A stretch of 63,607 bases of DNA, filler included, from Phoronis australis (Eukaryota > Animalia > Phoronida): the NCBI GenBank assembly GCA_002633005.1. It is 7 parts of 7 records of this genome, joined end to end, with 100 filler letters (N's around TTAATTAATTAA, not from the genome) between each part and the next. Parts side by side here need not be neighbours in the genome. Positions count along the whole stretch, not along the records: positions 23,027 to 29,221 come from NMRA01002204.1; positions 29,322 to 31,897 come from NMRA01003593.1; positions 31,998 to 54,758 come from NMRA01000022.1; 4 more parts are not named here. One strand, given 5' to 3'. Of the stretch, positions 23,839 to 37,470 are shown one piece after another (the first letter of the stretch is position 1; every line of letters starts with the position of its first letter). Position numbers and translations under genes: made by a program. The notes beneath the pieces are model-generated. The model searched no databases and was not told where the DNA came from. It saw only the letters and a list, made by a program, of their open reading frames with translations.

Positions 23839-26800
23839 ATATATTAATTTAAGCAGGTTGTATTTCTGCCCATAAACATGATACAGCAAAATCCTAATCA
23901 ACGGCAAATTTGATTAGAAACCACCGTATACGACTGCACAAGGTTTCCCAATGCAAAAATGGGGTTAATACAATAATCCTCAATACGAAGTTTAGTGCTA
24001 AGAAAAGAAAGATCATGAGCAACCATCTTGTTGGAAGATGTATGTACTGTAAACATTCGGATTAACGCCCTGGGTGGTTAAATTGGCAAACCAAAAAAAT
24101 AGGGGGTGGGCGGTTAACCAGACATGGGCGCTTTAACGTGAAATTTCAAGAAATCCAGGATGTGCGGTTAACCGAACATGGGCGCTTAATCTTACCTCAT
24201 AACAGCGGACGATCCCAAGAAATGTTCTGCTGCCCACAGATTAGTCAGTCACAATTAAATTTACAAAATTGGTGAGAAATAGCCCGGTGCCGTCCTGCGA
24301 TGTTATTAGAGCTGTAGTGCGCAGACGACCAGTAACAATAACTTGGATTGCAACTATTCTCACGCAATGACACTTTAGAAATGCACGTGTGAGCTCGAGC
24401 TTCACGTGTTGCAGAGATCACAGCAGACATCAAATTTATGGTGCTAGCTGTAAAGTTCCGAGTCAAAGACCAGTTTTAAAATTAATGATGTAATAAAAGT
24501 TTGAAAAGTAAAATTCAGGTGTTTTTTGTTTTTGGATGTTTATGTTGGAGATTAGAATAGATCAGATTAGACTCTGTAACTCATTTTCAATGTACGGTTC
24601 TGCGGCTAGCTGTTTTATCTCGACCGCCCAGCGTTGCCCACTTCCAATTGCGTGAAACATGCCACGCAAAGAAGATAAGAATCAGGGGTAAGCGGACATG
24701 AGCCAGTCATCAATCAAAAGTTACCGCAAAGGCATTACTCAAAAACAAGCATTTGCTCAAGATTTTATTTTAAAATTACTAACACTGTGACTGGGGATGA
24801 GTCTANCAATAATCCTCAATACGAAGTTTAGTGCTAAGAAAAGAAAGATCATGAGCAACCATCTTGTTGGAAGATGTATGTATTGTAAACATTTGGATTA
24901 ACGCCCTGGGTGGTTAAATTGGCAAACCAAAAAAATCGGGGGTGGGCGGTTAACCAGACATGGGCGCTTAAACGTGAAATTTCAAGAAATCCAGGATGTG
25001 CGGTTAACCGAACATGGGCGCTTAATCTTACCTCATAACAGCGGACGATCCCAAGAAATGTTCTGTTGCCCACAGATTAGTTAATCACAGTTAAATTTAC
25101 AAAATTGGTGAGAAATAGCCCGGTGCCGTCCTGCGATGTTATTAGAGCTGTAGTGCGCAGACGAACAGTAACAATAACTTGGATTGCAACTATTCTCACG
25201 CAATGACACTTTAGAAATGCACGTGTGAGCTCGAGCTTCACGTGTTGCAGAGAACACAGCAGACATCAAATTTATGGTGCTAGCTGTAAAGTTCCGAGTC
25301 AAAGACCAGTTTTAAAATTAATGATGTAATAAAAGTTTGAAAAGCAAAATTCAGGTGTTTTTTGTTTTTGGATGTTTATGTTGGAGATTAGAATAGATCA
25401 GATTAGACTCTGTAACTCATTTTCAATGTACGGTTCTGCGGCTAGCTGTTTTATCTCGACCGTCCAGCGTTGCCCACTTCCAATTGCGTGAAACATGCCA
25501 CGCAAAGAAGATAAGAATCAGGGGTAAGCGGACATGAGCCAGTCATCAATCAAAAGTTACCGCAAAGGCATTACTCAAAAACAAGCATTTGCTTAAGATT
25601 TTATTTTAAAATTACTAACACTGTGACTGGGGATGAGTCTAGTGAGCGCGTATAGTAGAGTCCGAGGAAAACATTACCAGTTCGTACACGGATCTGCATC
25701 GGTAAAAAACAATTTGTAGATGTAGCCCCAATTCTTCGGCTAACCGGCATCTGTGGTTTGCGTGGCTATACGACAAAATTAGTGAAGAGTTTTGCAACCG
25801 AGACTCCGCACTCGCCATAACGAACTGCAGGTCGCATTCACGACATGAAATTTGGAATTGCGGAGCTGAGATTATAGACGTCTTGTACCTGCCACCGGGA
25901 AATTCCAATCTACACGAGCCGTTTTTTTTGGGATGGAGGGGGTAAAATAGATAGGCCTACCTGGCAAACATAAAACACATTTATTTTACACGCAATATGT
26001 ACAGATTATCCTATTATAATATCATCTACGGCAATATCGCACTGCGGCACTGGTCGGTCCCGCTGTTTGCGCGCAATATGCCGTCACTAGACTTGGAAAT
26101 GCCGTCAAGTAATTTAACAGCCTCTTTCAATATGGGTCTTGTTTTATGTAACAAAAGACAGTGTGTGTTTATTATTCATTATTGCTCAAGATCAGACTCA
26201 GCAAGTTGGTTTGACATGGCAAACATTGGGTTTGAAACAATAATGGAAACCAGTTTGATAGCTGCACTAACTGGTCTAAATGGAACCTGAGTTTTTTGAC
26301 GGACATAGGTTTATACCATCAACTTGAGTGGCAAAATGTTCTAACACATTTGATATTTTTTGTACTAACATCAAAAGTAGGACTAAATTACACTTATGAG
26401 GTAATTAGTCGATGATGGAGGAAGTTATAACCATAACTACACAAAGCACAGCGTGTCAGTAAACATCAAGAATAATCTTAGAAAGTATTACGCCAGAATA
26501 ACAGGAAATTCCAAGAATGTTTCATCATAATCCACAACAATTAATCATGTGACATGAGGCATAAGGAAACCACAGTTATCATAATTATGACAGCTACTGC
26601 AGCAATTCTTAGAATTTACTTGAAAACTGATAAACAAATAATGAAGACATCAGCACATAAAACGTCTCACGCATGAAAACAGAATAATTCCAAATCGTCA
26701 TAACTACGAAAATACTTAAGATCTGAGTTTTCAGTTATTTCCCAAAATTGAAGAGTATATCAATTTTAGTGCTGTCTTACCAAAAATTCACATACTGTAA

Positions 26801-27220
26801 AGGGACATTTTCTGATATCATACTTATATTTCTGATATCATAATTATATTTCTGATATCAATATTTCTGATATGATTATCATATTTCAGAGAATTGATTA
26901 AAATTTTCTAACCTTGCATGATTAATCGTCTCCATGACAACAGTGACAAATACCAAATTTGAAATTATCCCATGCTAAATTTGATTTTATGGCATGCATT
27001 GTAAAAGTCATGTAAGTATTGACCTTAAGTTATTTTCAAAGTTTAATTTTTATGGATTTCATGGAATTCCACTGTCTTTTGAATGATCACATAAACTTAG
27101 TCAATAATTGCTAAAACCAGACTGTTTTATTTCAAAACCTGGTCAATTAAAATAGACAATTTGCAGGCAGCCAACTAGAGTATGTGAACTGATACTGCTA
27201 TATGGTAATAATACCTATTA

Positions 27221-27535
27221 CCGTAATCGTTCGGGTTAACGCCCATGCTCAGTTAACCGCCCACCCCTACTTTAGGTGGATTTTCGATTTAACCGCCCAC
27301 TGCTCGGTTAACCGCCCCCCTGCTATTTTTGAAGATTTCCAATTAAGCGCCCACCTCTCGGTTAAGCGCCCATCCCCTACTTTTGACGATTGGTGATTAC
27401 CGCCCTGTGCTAATAGGAAACGCGAATTCCCGACCTTTTAGATTAAGATCGATGATAACATTGAGTGCAACGACGGCCTCAGAGNTTTGGATTTGCCAAT
27501 TTAACCGCCCAGGGCGTTAACCTGAACGATTACGG
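27221..27535. mobile_element. Tc1/mariner-type (pogo/Tigger-like) MITE, internally broken at N27485
   Basis: TIR CCGTAATCGTTC(G/A)GGTTAACGCCC with TA flanks and internal TTAACCGCCC repeats; related inverted fragments at ~24048-24190 and ~24884-25025. Confidence 0.8.
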
Positions 27536-28718
27536 TAGTACCTCATCTACATGTCTGTGTTGGTGTCTAGAAAACTAGATTTCAAATAGTAAAACTAGTA
27601 GAACTAAAATGACGAGCGTCGGTACTAAAATATATTAAAATATCCCCACGTATCGGTGCGCTCTTTCTCAAGGGTGTGCTATATACGGTACCTGCACAGC
27701 ACTGCAACATCTATTTGATTTCAATAGAGATTTCAACTCAGTGGAAATACGCCTTTTCTGGAAGTAGAAAATCTGTAGAATTTGATTTTTTTAACTTTTA
27801 CCACTCTGTTATAAATGGGCTCACAGGGTCTTTTTAAGTAAAATTTAACACAAAAGGTTTGACAGCAAGGTGATAAATCAAAAACAATGGTACAGTTTTC
27901 TAAAACATCATTTCCTTTTTTGTGGAACTTTAAACACATGTGAGTCCTATTTTTGATAGCCCTTCACGCAAAAGTGGAAATTTTAAAAACGATTCCTAAC
28001 ACAAGAACAGGGCATGGTCTTTGAAAGTTTCATATGAATCTGATCAGCTATTTCTAAGCTATGATGTTCCCAAGTTAACCAAATTTGGCTATTGTTATAC
28101 TGGGTCCAACATGGATTTAAGGTTATGAATGATCTTATCCTAAACGCTGTGTTTTAAATAAAATCTCTACAAGTTATAGATTAAAGAATAAACATTCTGA
28201 AAATAGAATTAGATTTTTTCTTTTACGAATATGCCTTATTGGATCACATGGAAATGCCTTTCTGGTAAAATTTAGCAAAAAATAAAGGTATATCGATAGC
28301 AAAACAGTGATATAAAGTACCTGATCAAATTTTATTTCATGATTAATGCGCAAAATTTCAAAAAATGTGATTACGCTTCTCTCATTTTATGCACCTTTAG
28401 AGTTTTGTCATGAAAATCAGTGTATAAAGCAATGGTAGTATCTTGTTTGAACCTGATCGGCCATTTCTAAGATACGATGTTCTGAACACGGCCAATTTGA
28501 ACATTTTTCTATGGTCCTACACAACTTTAAGATCATAATCATGGTCTTATGGGTATTACCCTAATTTACAACATTTTGGACTCGTACATACAACTGAAAT
28601 TTTATTTAGGTTCTGGTACAGGGTGAAGATGTAACTCCAGATATACAGCTAAGTCACACTGCACTGTCTTTACAATGTTTTGCCAATAGTGAGAATCAAA
28701 CGAAGTCGATATTCAATA

Positions 28719-29221
28719 CAGGGATATACTTAGCCACTCGCCCAGTTGCCAATGCGAGTAAAAATGGTGCTGGGCGAGTAGAAGTTGACTTGCTGGTTGC
28801 CCAGGTGGCAAGCGAATTTTCAGAGTGCAAAAGCACTATATAATTTCCCAGATGACCATGAATAAATTTTCTCCTTGTGTTGTTTTTATCATAAATTTAA
28901 GGTTCAGTTTGGTCAGCGTGTCGATGCTCCGGCAGTAAAAAACATCGGCGCAGAGCGATCCTACCAATTCAGTACATGTCACCCATTACGCGATTTGTCT
29001 AGACAAAAGATTACTGTGTATGGTCGTGCACAAAGAAATTTGTGGACTAGTCCGAAATGAAGAAACGGGGAGAAAAGCGGAAGACCGGTACATATGCTCA
29101 GAGCACGTGAAATACCATATTTCTTGGAACTGATTTTTTACTATAAACATGTTATTATTTCAAATGAACTTTTATCATGGAAATGAACAATTGATAAGAA
29201 AAATAAATTGTGCAGGGTTTC
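28719..29221 (+). mobile_element. probable hAT-like element left end, truncated by gap
   Basis: CAGGG terminus followed by (G)GCGAGT/ACTCGCC subterminal repeats. Confidence 0.45.
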
Positions 29222-29321
29222 NNNNNNNNNNNNNNNNNNNNNNNNNNNNNNNNNNNNNNNNNNNNTTAATTAATTAANNNNNNNNNNNNNNNNNNNNNNN
29301 NNNNNNNNNNNNNNNNNNNNN

Positions 29322-29936
29322 AACATCAATTATTCTTTCAGATCAATGACAAATCAACTGTTAGTCCCAGGGAGTGCATAGGATCAGGCTATGCTTGCTT
29401 TTAATATTCTTGATCAACAAATTAAACCAGATGTGACTAATTGCACATGACAGCCACCAGTGTCGAATATGTCTTCAACTCGTCAACAATACGAGCAGAT
29501 GACCTGGTCCGCGTAGAAAGTATTTTGGTCAACAATTCACAAGAAAAAAGTAACCCTGCATTCAGCATAATACCTAATCCGTAACAATACGATCGCCGCA
29601 ATTTGGTCATATTTACTTTTCATGTTTCGAACCTAGTTTTCCGAGAAAAATTAAACCCTTTCGTCAGACAACTCTTTGACGCCTTAACTTGTTCTGTAAT
29701 GTAATTTTCTACGTCTGTGTGGTTTAATTGTTGACACATTATTAAAATTCAATATCCAGGTTGGACTCGAAAGACCGGCTATTTAACTCACACAATGTCT
29801 ACTTTCGCTTTGTTTATCGCAGTGAGCCTCGCCTTGGATTTTAATGTCTGCCGCGTGAATAGAGTCTATAAGCTAACAGAGCTATCGTAGCGAGCCTCGT
29901 TTTGGAACGCGCCTCCTGTCGGAGTGAATTGGGTCT
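29322..29936. mobile_element. ISL2EU-like element ends: right end 29322-29867 abutting an inverted left end ~29878-29936
   Basis: Highly similar to ~43420-44012 and to the reverse complement of 41667-41726; both termini end ..GTCT followed by AT. Confidence 0.75.
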
Positions 29937-30429
29937 ATTGGTGGCTATTTTGATATCTGTTGTATCGTCTCAAGCTGCCGATAAACGAAAAGATATCTCG
30001 GTGATCAGGGAAGGGCCTGGCGAACGTGGTCGGTATTATCATGCATTCAGTGTATGGTTTATCATCCTTTTGTCTAGGATACCCACTCTGATCCCAACTG
30101 CGCAGGCCTTGCGTTTATCTACAGTGTAGGTTTTTGATGAACAAGAACTCTGGGATGTCAATAAGCAGATTTTTAAAGAGGTGCTCCAATAATTACTGGT
30201 CTTTTATGGAAATATCTCGATTAAAGTGTACACAACATGACTCTAGTACCTCAAAATAAATTTTATTATTATATCTTACATGTACTTGATTTCAGTGCCT
30301 TTAGTGCACAGCTCATAAAGAAACACGCACAAATTGAAAAAAAAAATAATTATGTACAACGTCATGGGTTGAACCCAAGTCGTTCGCCATACCGTTCGGA
30401 TCAGAGACAAAGTGTAGAGAGTGAAGAGA

Positions 30430-30707
30430 ATGCAAAGTACATTTAGCGTCGAGAAGGTTCGTAGAGGGATCAAAAGATGTGTTTCCGGAGGCTGCAGCAA
30501 CAGCAGCCAGGCGGAAAACGTCTCGGTGTTTTGAAGGACACCAAAGTTGCGCAGAAATGGCATGACTTCGTGCGCCGAACGAGAGTGTGGGACGTCATCG
30601 TGGACCAAGCGATTCGGTCCGGGGCCACTCTGTGTTCTGCCCACTTTGAGGACTCGTGTTTCGACTCCAGTCAAAGGAGACGTTACGATGAAGGCCTGGT
30701 TCAATAA
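30430..30707 (+). pseudogene. frameshifted THAP zinc-finger (transposase N-terminus)
   Basis: RCVSGGCSNS...SVF* then, in another frame, KDTKVAQKWHDFVRRTR...LCSAHFEDSCF, a C2CH THAP pattern. Confidence 0.85.
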
Positions 30708-30720
30708 AGGACGATATTTA

Positions 30721-30991
30721 TCATTCAGAAACATCAGCTCTTAATTCAGGATCGTCTGTTGGATGACTGGGTTGACTCGCCGAGTCCGAGGCCGCTTCTC
30801 TCGCGGGAGGATCCAGTTTATAAGGCTCAAAGTAGAAAAGTACGCAGCCGGAAGCACATAAAACTTGTTCTCGCTTTCGTGCAACCCCATTTCCTCNCAT
30901 CCTGGCCACCATTCTCATATGTTTCTTCATAGTATTCGTTCAATTCTTGCTCATAATCATCGTCACTTTCAAATTCCCTGGTCTCCGCCAT
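30721..30991 (-). pseudogene. remnant of a convergent second ORF (possibly Kolobok accessory KolX-like N-terminus)
   Basis: ATG in a good context (ACAATGGCG), acidic MAETREFESDDDYEQE.. tract, then a YFEP motif; frame broken near N30898. Confidence 0.4.
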
Positions 30992-33900
30992 TGTTCAATG
31001 CTAGTCACTGATCTCTTGTGTTCAACCCACGACGTCACATGGCGGGAAAGGTGAAAATTGGCAAAATTGAAAGAAAAGTCAAAATTTTGAGCTAATTACA
31101 CAAAATAAACATGGTCTTAGCTAAATTTTACGTCATACATTTAGTCCGTGGCCACCGGTAATTCAAAATGTGCAAAAATCCATGGTGTGTACTGTTTAAT
31201 ACCCCCTTTTGCATCTTTCGTTCACGGGTACTCGACTATAATTTTTGATAGGGATTTTTCTTGAGAAAATAGTAAAACCAACATTTCCAAGAGTCGGTAA
31301 AATTAACGAAAATTCACTCATTTAAATAGTTACTGCATCACGACTAAAATGGAAGCAGTTGCAAGGAGACTCTGTGTAAAAGTCACAAGTTGTTGAAGTT
31401 TTAAAACCCCATAAATTGCTAATTGGTTGAAATATAATTGAAAATACATGTGCATCCCTGTAGTCGTTTCAAACCAACTAGCCTCAACAATATGTCATCC
31501 TTAAATAGAGTATTGTTGTAAAAGTGAACCATATTGTAGAGTTCCTAACTCATTAGACATACACGTATAATGGGAAAAGGCATTCTTCTGTCTTCATCTG
31601 GCCGTGAAAAAGTAAACCACCTGAGTGCCACCTTCCTTTGGTCAAGGTGGTTGTCCACCTTAGATATGTGTCTCCGAAAAAACCAGTGGACACGCACTGA
31701 CCTCATACCCTCACTTACATATAGATGTCATGCGTATTCGTTTTGTGGTTTTAAGTATCAGTCCACGGATCCACCGACCACAGTACAGCCAACAAGCGGC
31801 AAGGTGGGGGGTCAACCATTCAGATCCATGTTTAGTCTGATAAATCACAATAGGGATGAGAGAAAATGAGTGAAGTATGACACTACAAAGTTTGGTGNNN
31901 NNNNNNNNNNNNNNNNNNNNNNNNNNNNNNNNNNNNNNNNNTTAATTAATTAANNNNNNNNNNNNNNNNNNNNNNNNNNNNNNNNNNNNNNNNNNNNTCA
32001 TGTTTTGTGTCCCGTCGGAAGAAAATTTAAATTCGAAAACATCTTCTGAAAACGCACAAAAAAGTGTATTAGTAAAATCTACTGATTTTTAAGTGGTTTT
32101 AAAAAACAATCGGTAAACTCACCGATTTTTGTCTCATTACTTTGATACGTGTCTCTTCCGATAAGTTAGTACCTAACGTGCAGACGAGAACTCCAAATTG
32201 GAACGCTAAGTCCCGCGTGGTTGCGCTGCACGCGAAACAAGATGGCGGACGAACTTTGGAGCCTGACGAAAATAGGTAACCGGACGATACTGTAGTAGTT
32301 AAAAACACGTCGTTTCTTTCTCATTCTCAACTTTCTTCTTACTCTAATCAAGTTGACAATGCTACCATCTCTAGTTTCAGAGACTGCAGCCATTCCAAAG
32401 TATGCCTCACACTGTCTGGCAATATCATCAAGCAAAGACAGAGTCACGTTGCTTGAATGTCCTTCGAGCAGAGCCATACGTTGACGTGATTTGGTTGTAG
32501 GCCACCGATGGCGATGACTTTTAAATCCTTCCAGCTCAAACAGATATTACTATTATTAAGATTTCTGTCTGATGTGTCTCTTCAGCCCACTGTCTCTAGC
32601 TGGCTCAGTAGAGAAGGTGCAGCACCTATATATTCTATCTAGTACGAAGGACATTTTTTAAAATTTTTTCAATGCCCGTGTGTCATACATTTTTGAAAAC
32701 CCCTTGGTGTGAGAAATGAAATGGTGCAAAAATCATAAAATTTGGGTGAGTGGTTACTGAGAAAATGGCCATTGAAACACAATGATTATGGGAGAAATAT
32801 CTGCCTTTCTACATAGTTTCGTAAAATGTGCTGCATATAAAAAGATTCATCTCATTGAGACAAACATGGCGGTATGCATGCAATTTGGATCGATTTCCAC
32901 AGATATTGCTGTTTAAGTGTGTTGTTAGCGTAATACAGGAGCATCCACCCCATGGGTGGGAACGCTCTTGGCAATGGCGATTTCTCGGGTACAAAGATGG
33001 TGCTGCTTTTTGTCTTCCAGCGACAATGTTGGCGGCGGTCGAAAGAAATCAAACTAAAGTAAATGTCAATTTGTTACTTGCTAGCCACAAATTAATAATT
33101 TAGGTTAAGGTTTTTGGATCTAAATACATGTCTTGCTCATCAGAATGCCCACGTGGCAGGCGCACCTGCCATAACCCGAGGATAGGGGGGAATCCTTGCC
33201 CAATTTTTTATGGTCAACAATGAAATGCCCACGTGGCCAGCTTTAGCCAGCCAGCTAGCTGTCTGAAGACATCGTCAACATGCAGCTAGGTACCACTTCA
33301 TGTGTTGAGCTCACACAGCCCAGGTGGTTGTGCCCGGCACCTCGCCGCATGGAACTTGTTTTAAAGTTGAGCTAAAGACCGGCGGGGGTGCATGCAAAGT
33401 CTGGGACTTAACTGACTCTCAGCTTGTCCCGTTATAACTGTTTAAGTGAAAAACAATAGACTAATAAATGTCATTTTCTTGCGTCATTCTCGGCCTTTTG
33501 TAACAAAGAAAAATATGTCATCGTTTGGAAGACAATATGCTCGTGACACGCGCATTCGCCATTTCCTAAATTTTGTTGATTGAAGAATCGGCAAAAAAAG
33601 AAACTGGCCAAAATGTGATGCAATATTTCATGGCGGTGAAAGCCGACCCAAAAGATCGCGCCACAATTGTAGCACCAGAATAACTGTAAAACATCAATTT
33701 TCCAACACCGGTAAATAATTTAGTTTACTCAAGAAAGAGTGATGACACTAATTTTGTGTCAGATTTTATCTGGTCAGTTTTTTACCCATAGAGGGAACCC
33801 CTGCTCAATTTTTTTATAGGTGAACTTGTTATATCACCTTGGAATGTTGATCCTTAAGGCAAACATCTTTTCTCATAAATATGAAAAGGACCTGCACGTA

Positions 33901-34336
33901 ACTTGAAATATGAAAAATTTGGTTCGTGTAACTGTATTTTTATCAATTGTGGGGTTGTGAAAAGAAAGTATTTGGCTAATAATTTTTGAAAAATGGCTAA
34001 AAGTTTTCGGATGCTTTAACCATTGTGGCTAATACCTTTAAAAGTCTAGTGAGCCATGGATAAAGAGGTGCATGGATCTTGTGCTGACATTTACCAGCAT
34101 TGCACACAGTGTGTTATGCCCACAACACCACCTTGATGTGGTAAACTTGCTATCAGTATGTGCCAATATCACTTCGTTCAGTTGGGTACTATCTAGATTA
34201 GTAAACTGTTGTACTGTAGAAATTCATTTACAATAGTTTCGGTGCTGTCTATTAATAAGATAAGAACTACCCAATAGTATGCTCGTAGGATTTGGTGAAA
34301 GTGTGAAATTTGCTGATTAGTGTTCCACCATTTCAG

Positions 34337-34546
34337 ACCTTAAAGGATCAAGGATACGTATTTGACGTTGCCTATACTAGTTTGTTGAAGAGGGCCATTA
34401 AGACGCTGTTTGTTGTTCAAGATGAGTTAGACCTGCATTGGATCCCTGTTCATCGACACTGGAGGTTGAATGAGCGCCATTACGGTGGACTGCAAGGGCT
34501 CAATAAGAAAGAAACAGCTGATTTACATGGAGATAAGCAAGTTGAG
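34337..34546 (+). CDS. PGAM: 2,3-BPG-dependent phosphoglycerate mutase exon, 210 nt ([20 protein letters not shown]...[27 protein letters not shown])
   Basis: CAG/GT splice sites; TS.L.RA and WRLNERHYG motifs. The first exon with the catalytic RHG motif was not found. Confidence 0.97.
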
Positions 34547-34961
34547 GTATTCGAATCATTCCAAGTTAGCTATACTTAACTCTTTCACTACCATGTGTGC
34601 CCTTTGGCGAGGTACCCCATCATTGCCAAGTGTGTCGATCGACCAGTTAAGTGCTTTACCGCTAGTCAATCCTAAGTTTCGTGGGAGATTTACATCTTAG
34701 CCAGATGACAGAAAGACAGTTTTCCTTTTGCGTTTGAATTGTCAGACGTATGAAGACTTATGTGTAGAGGTCGACGGGGTCCGGGTATGAATTTCAAGTC
34801 AAACCCTATATTTACGGTTTGGCACTTGAAAATGCAGTGAAAGAGTGCACTATTATTTATAAACCTGCCTTCAGGTTTCTAATTACGTTAAAGTGACTGT
34901 AAAACCACATTCCATCACACTAAACAACTTCAGTCACAGATTCAGTCACAAGTTTACTGTC

Positions 34962-37470
34962 TCGCATTTGCGACCTGAAATTTGGAAATGCGAGCTGAGA
35001 TTTTTGTCAGCTCGTATCAAGTCGCAAAATGCGACCTGGAATTTCCAACGTATGCGTGAGTTTTTATATTTCTAGGCAGATATCTGGCAAGTATAAAGCA
35101 AGACTTGTTATTCCGACCGCTATTTGGTTGTTGCCAAATCCAAGTTCAAAAAAAAAAACACTAACTGAGAACAGCCCTCACGATGACTTGTAAGCAAGGG
35201 CGCGTGAAAATGGGATATGCAGAATCGATCTTTGACGCGTCTCATTGGCTAACATTTTCGAACACTTGCAAATTTCCGGATTCACCGAAAAAAGTTTCGA
35301 GCCACTGCATAACAGGCGACAAAATTAAACGTCACAAAACAGTGGTGTTTTTACTAATTCTTAAGCGGTCAACTTACCAAACTTTGTGGTAGACAAATAT
35401 GTTTATTTTTTGTGTAAGATGTCCTTATTACATGTACCAAATATCCATGACAATATCCCTGATATCTTATCGCGCACTGCAGCACTTCTCGGTCTGGTTG
35501 TTCGCGCGCAAGCGGTCCCGGCAGACAATCGTGACTTAGAGATGTGCGTCTTGTATTTTATCGCCTAAGACAGCCAAAGTGAAAATGACAACCCTATTAA
35601 TGGCCAAACGACGGCCACATCTTTACTTTCAGTTGCCAAGAAATTCTCAAATCCTTGTTTCTGGGGCTACGTGCGCGAAATATGATTTGACTTCCTAAAA
35701 CCGCTCTGAGGTGGTGGCGTATACACTGTGTATATAGACTAGAGGTCGGTGTAAATAGACCAAGAGATTTTAATAATAGTTTAAATATGATTTGTCTTTC
35801 ACTCGTTGTTACCAACGTAAAGTGTAGGCCTACTCCAGCGATTCAAGTGCGTGAACTCATGCGTGAGTGCACACCACTTCAAAGCTGCACATCAAAAGAG
35901 ACCAGTGACAGTCCTAAATGAAAGAGTATACCGGTTTGGCTATGTTAAGCACCTGGGTGCCAGTGGTATATTTGAAAATGGACTCCTAGATTCCCGGCGG
36001 TTATAAAAGACCCGATGCTTTACGATATTCTTCACTGTTTAGGACTGATATAACCCAGAACTGAAATTTTCCTGTTCTGATGTTTCCCGAGGTCGATGTT
36101 CCCAAAACCTTACATTCTATGCACGTAGCCAGCTGTTGCAACTAAACCGGTACTAGATGCAAAATTGTGGTTAGCGAACCTTTTATTCTTCTCTTCATAC
36201 ACCTCCCCCGCCGTAAAATGTTCAGACTCCAGTAGAAACAATTTTGTTCCAGCTGAATCGGGCAATTAAAAACAAAATTATTCCGGGTGGCTAAAAAGGG
36301 TACAGTGTAGGTGGCAACGATATCCAGAAAGTCACCCCTACTATATGGAGTTTGCCTCACAAAATAGTATTATTAAATTATAACGTTTCTTACCATTGCA
36401 GTGTTAATATCTTAATACTGCAAACACTCAGGTTAACGACTGCTCACCCACAAGCCTACACCCTACCTTTGAAGTGTTTCATAATAAGCGCTCAGTGATT
36501 TACTAAGAGTTCCCCCTTAAATTTTGAGAATTTCCAATTAAGTGCCCACAGTTCAGGCTAGCGCCCATCATAGCGCAATAAAAACTACCGCGCGTGGTTT
36601 TAAAATAGACACGGTTTAGATGGTGTGTCACTCTCATTTTACACAACAAATTCAGTTTTTAAAAAATGTCTTTTCTCAACATGTAAAAAGCAAATCCCTG
36701 CTTTGATTTATACCTCTGAAAGAAAGTTAACGATAGTGACATGCGTGTCCTTTTGTGACTGACCTATTTTTCCCATACTTGGAATGTAATCAGGAGCCAT
36801 TACCCTATGGAAACCCAAATGGAGGTAGTCGGGAATTATTTCGAGTCTATTCATTTCATGGAAAACTAATTGTTGAGTACGTAAACAGCATAAGTACCAC
36901 ATTTTTGTTGTGAAATTAGCACTAAATTGTTCCCGCGTATCCAAAAAGGTCACTCGGTTAAGGCATCGTTTCACGAATTTTTTTCCGACAGATGTTTTTC
37001 AAACGCCGAGTTAAGTTGAAAAATTTGGGTTGCGAACAAAAAGTGGAGGGAATTCCCACTCCGAGTTAGTTTGAATCTTTAACGACTTTGATGACAGCCA
37101 GTAGCAGGTCAGACGTAGCAAAATCCCGGATACTTTTTCAACTAGCAGTTTCTCCCTTTTCACATCGCAAACTTAGCTAGTCGAATGCACGTGTCAGTTA
37201 GAGAGCACTGATTCAACTTTCATGTTGGCAACTTGCCTTGCGCCTTTCAATGGAGGTCGTGAAGAACAGTAACGCCGTACCTGCATGAACGAAGTCAATT
37301 TTTCGATCTGAAATTTGTGATTATTTAACGCTGCAGGTAAGAGAATGATCTAAACATTTTCTCGATGATCTAAGAAAAAATAATTTTGGCGCGTAAAATG
37401 GCGGGAAAATTTTGCGACCTGGCATTTACGAATGCGAGCTGGATTTTGAAAATGCGACCTGGGATTTTGT
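34962..37470 (+). mobile_element. ~2.5-kb hAT-like non-autonomous element, termini lost, in PGAM intron
   Basis: Colinear similarity to 55693-58178 over most of its length; TGCGACC/TGCGAGC subterminal repeats at both ends. Confidence 0.8.

Larger units (their letters stand above)
30225..31195. mobile_element. Kolobok-like non-autonomous element
   Basis: TTAA flanks (30221-30224, 31196-31199); imperfect TIR AGTGTACACAACATG / ACAGTACACACCATG; internal inverted motif ACGTC(A/G)TGGGTTGAAC at ~30359 and ~31020; THAP remnant inside. Confidence 0.78.

Noticed and set aside
23971-25641. 835-bp tandem duplication with twin 73-aa ORFs
   Set aside because: Single N at 24806 and only scattered SNP-level differences; probably two haplotypes joined, and the ORFs are not recognisable proteins
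30276-30734. 152-aa minus-strand ORF
   Set aside because: Antisense shadow of the THAP remnant
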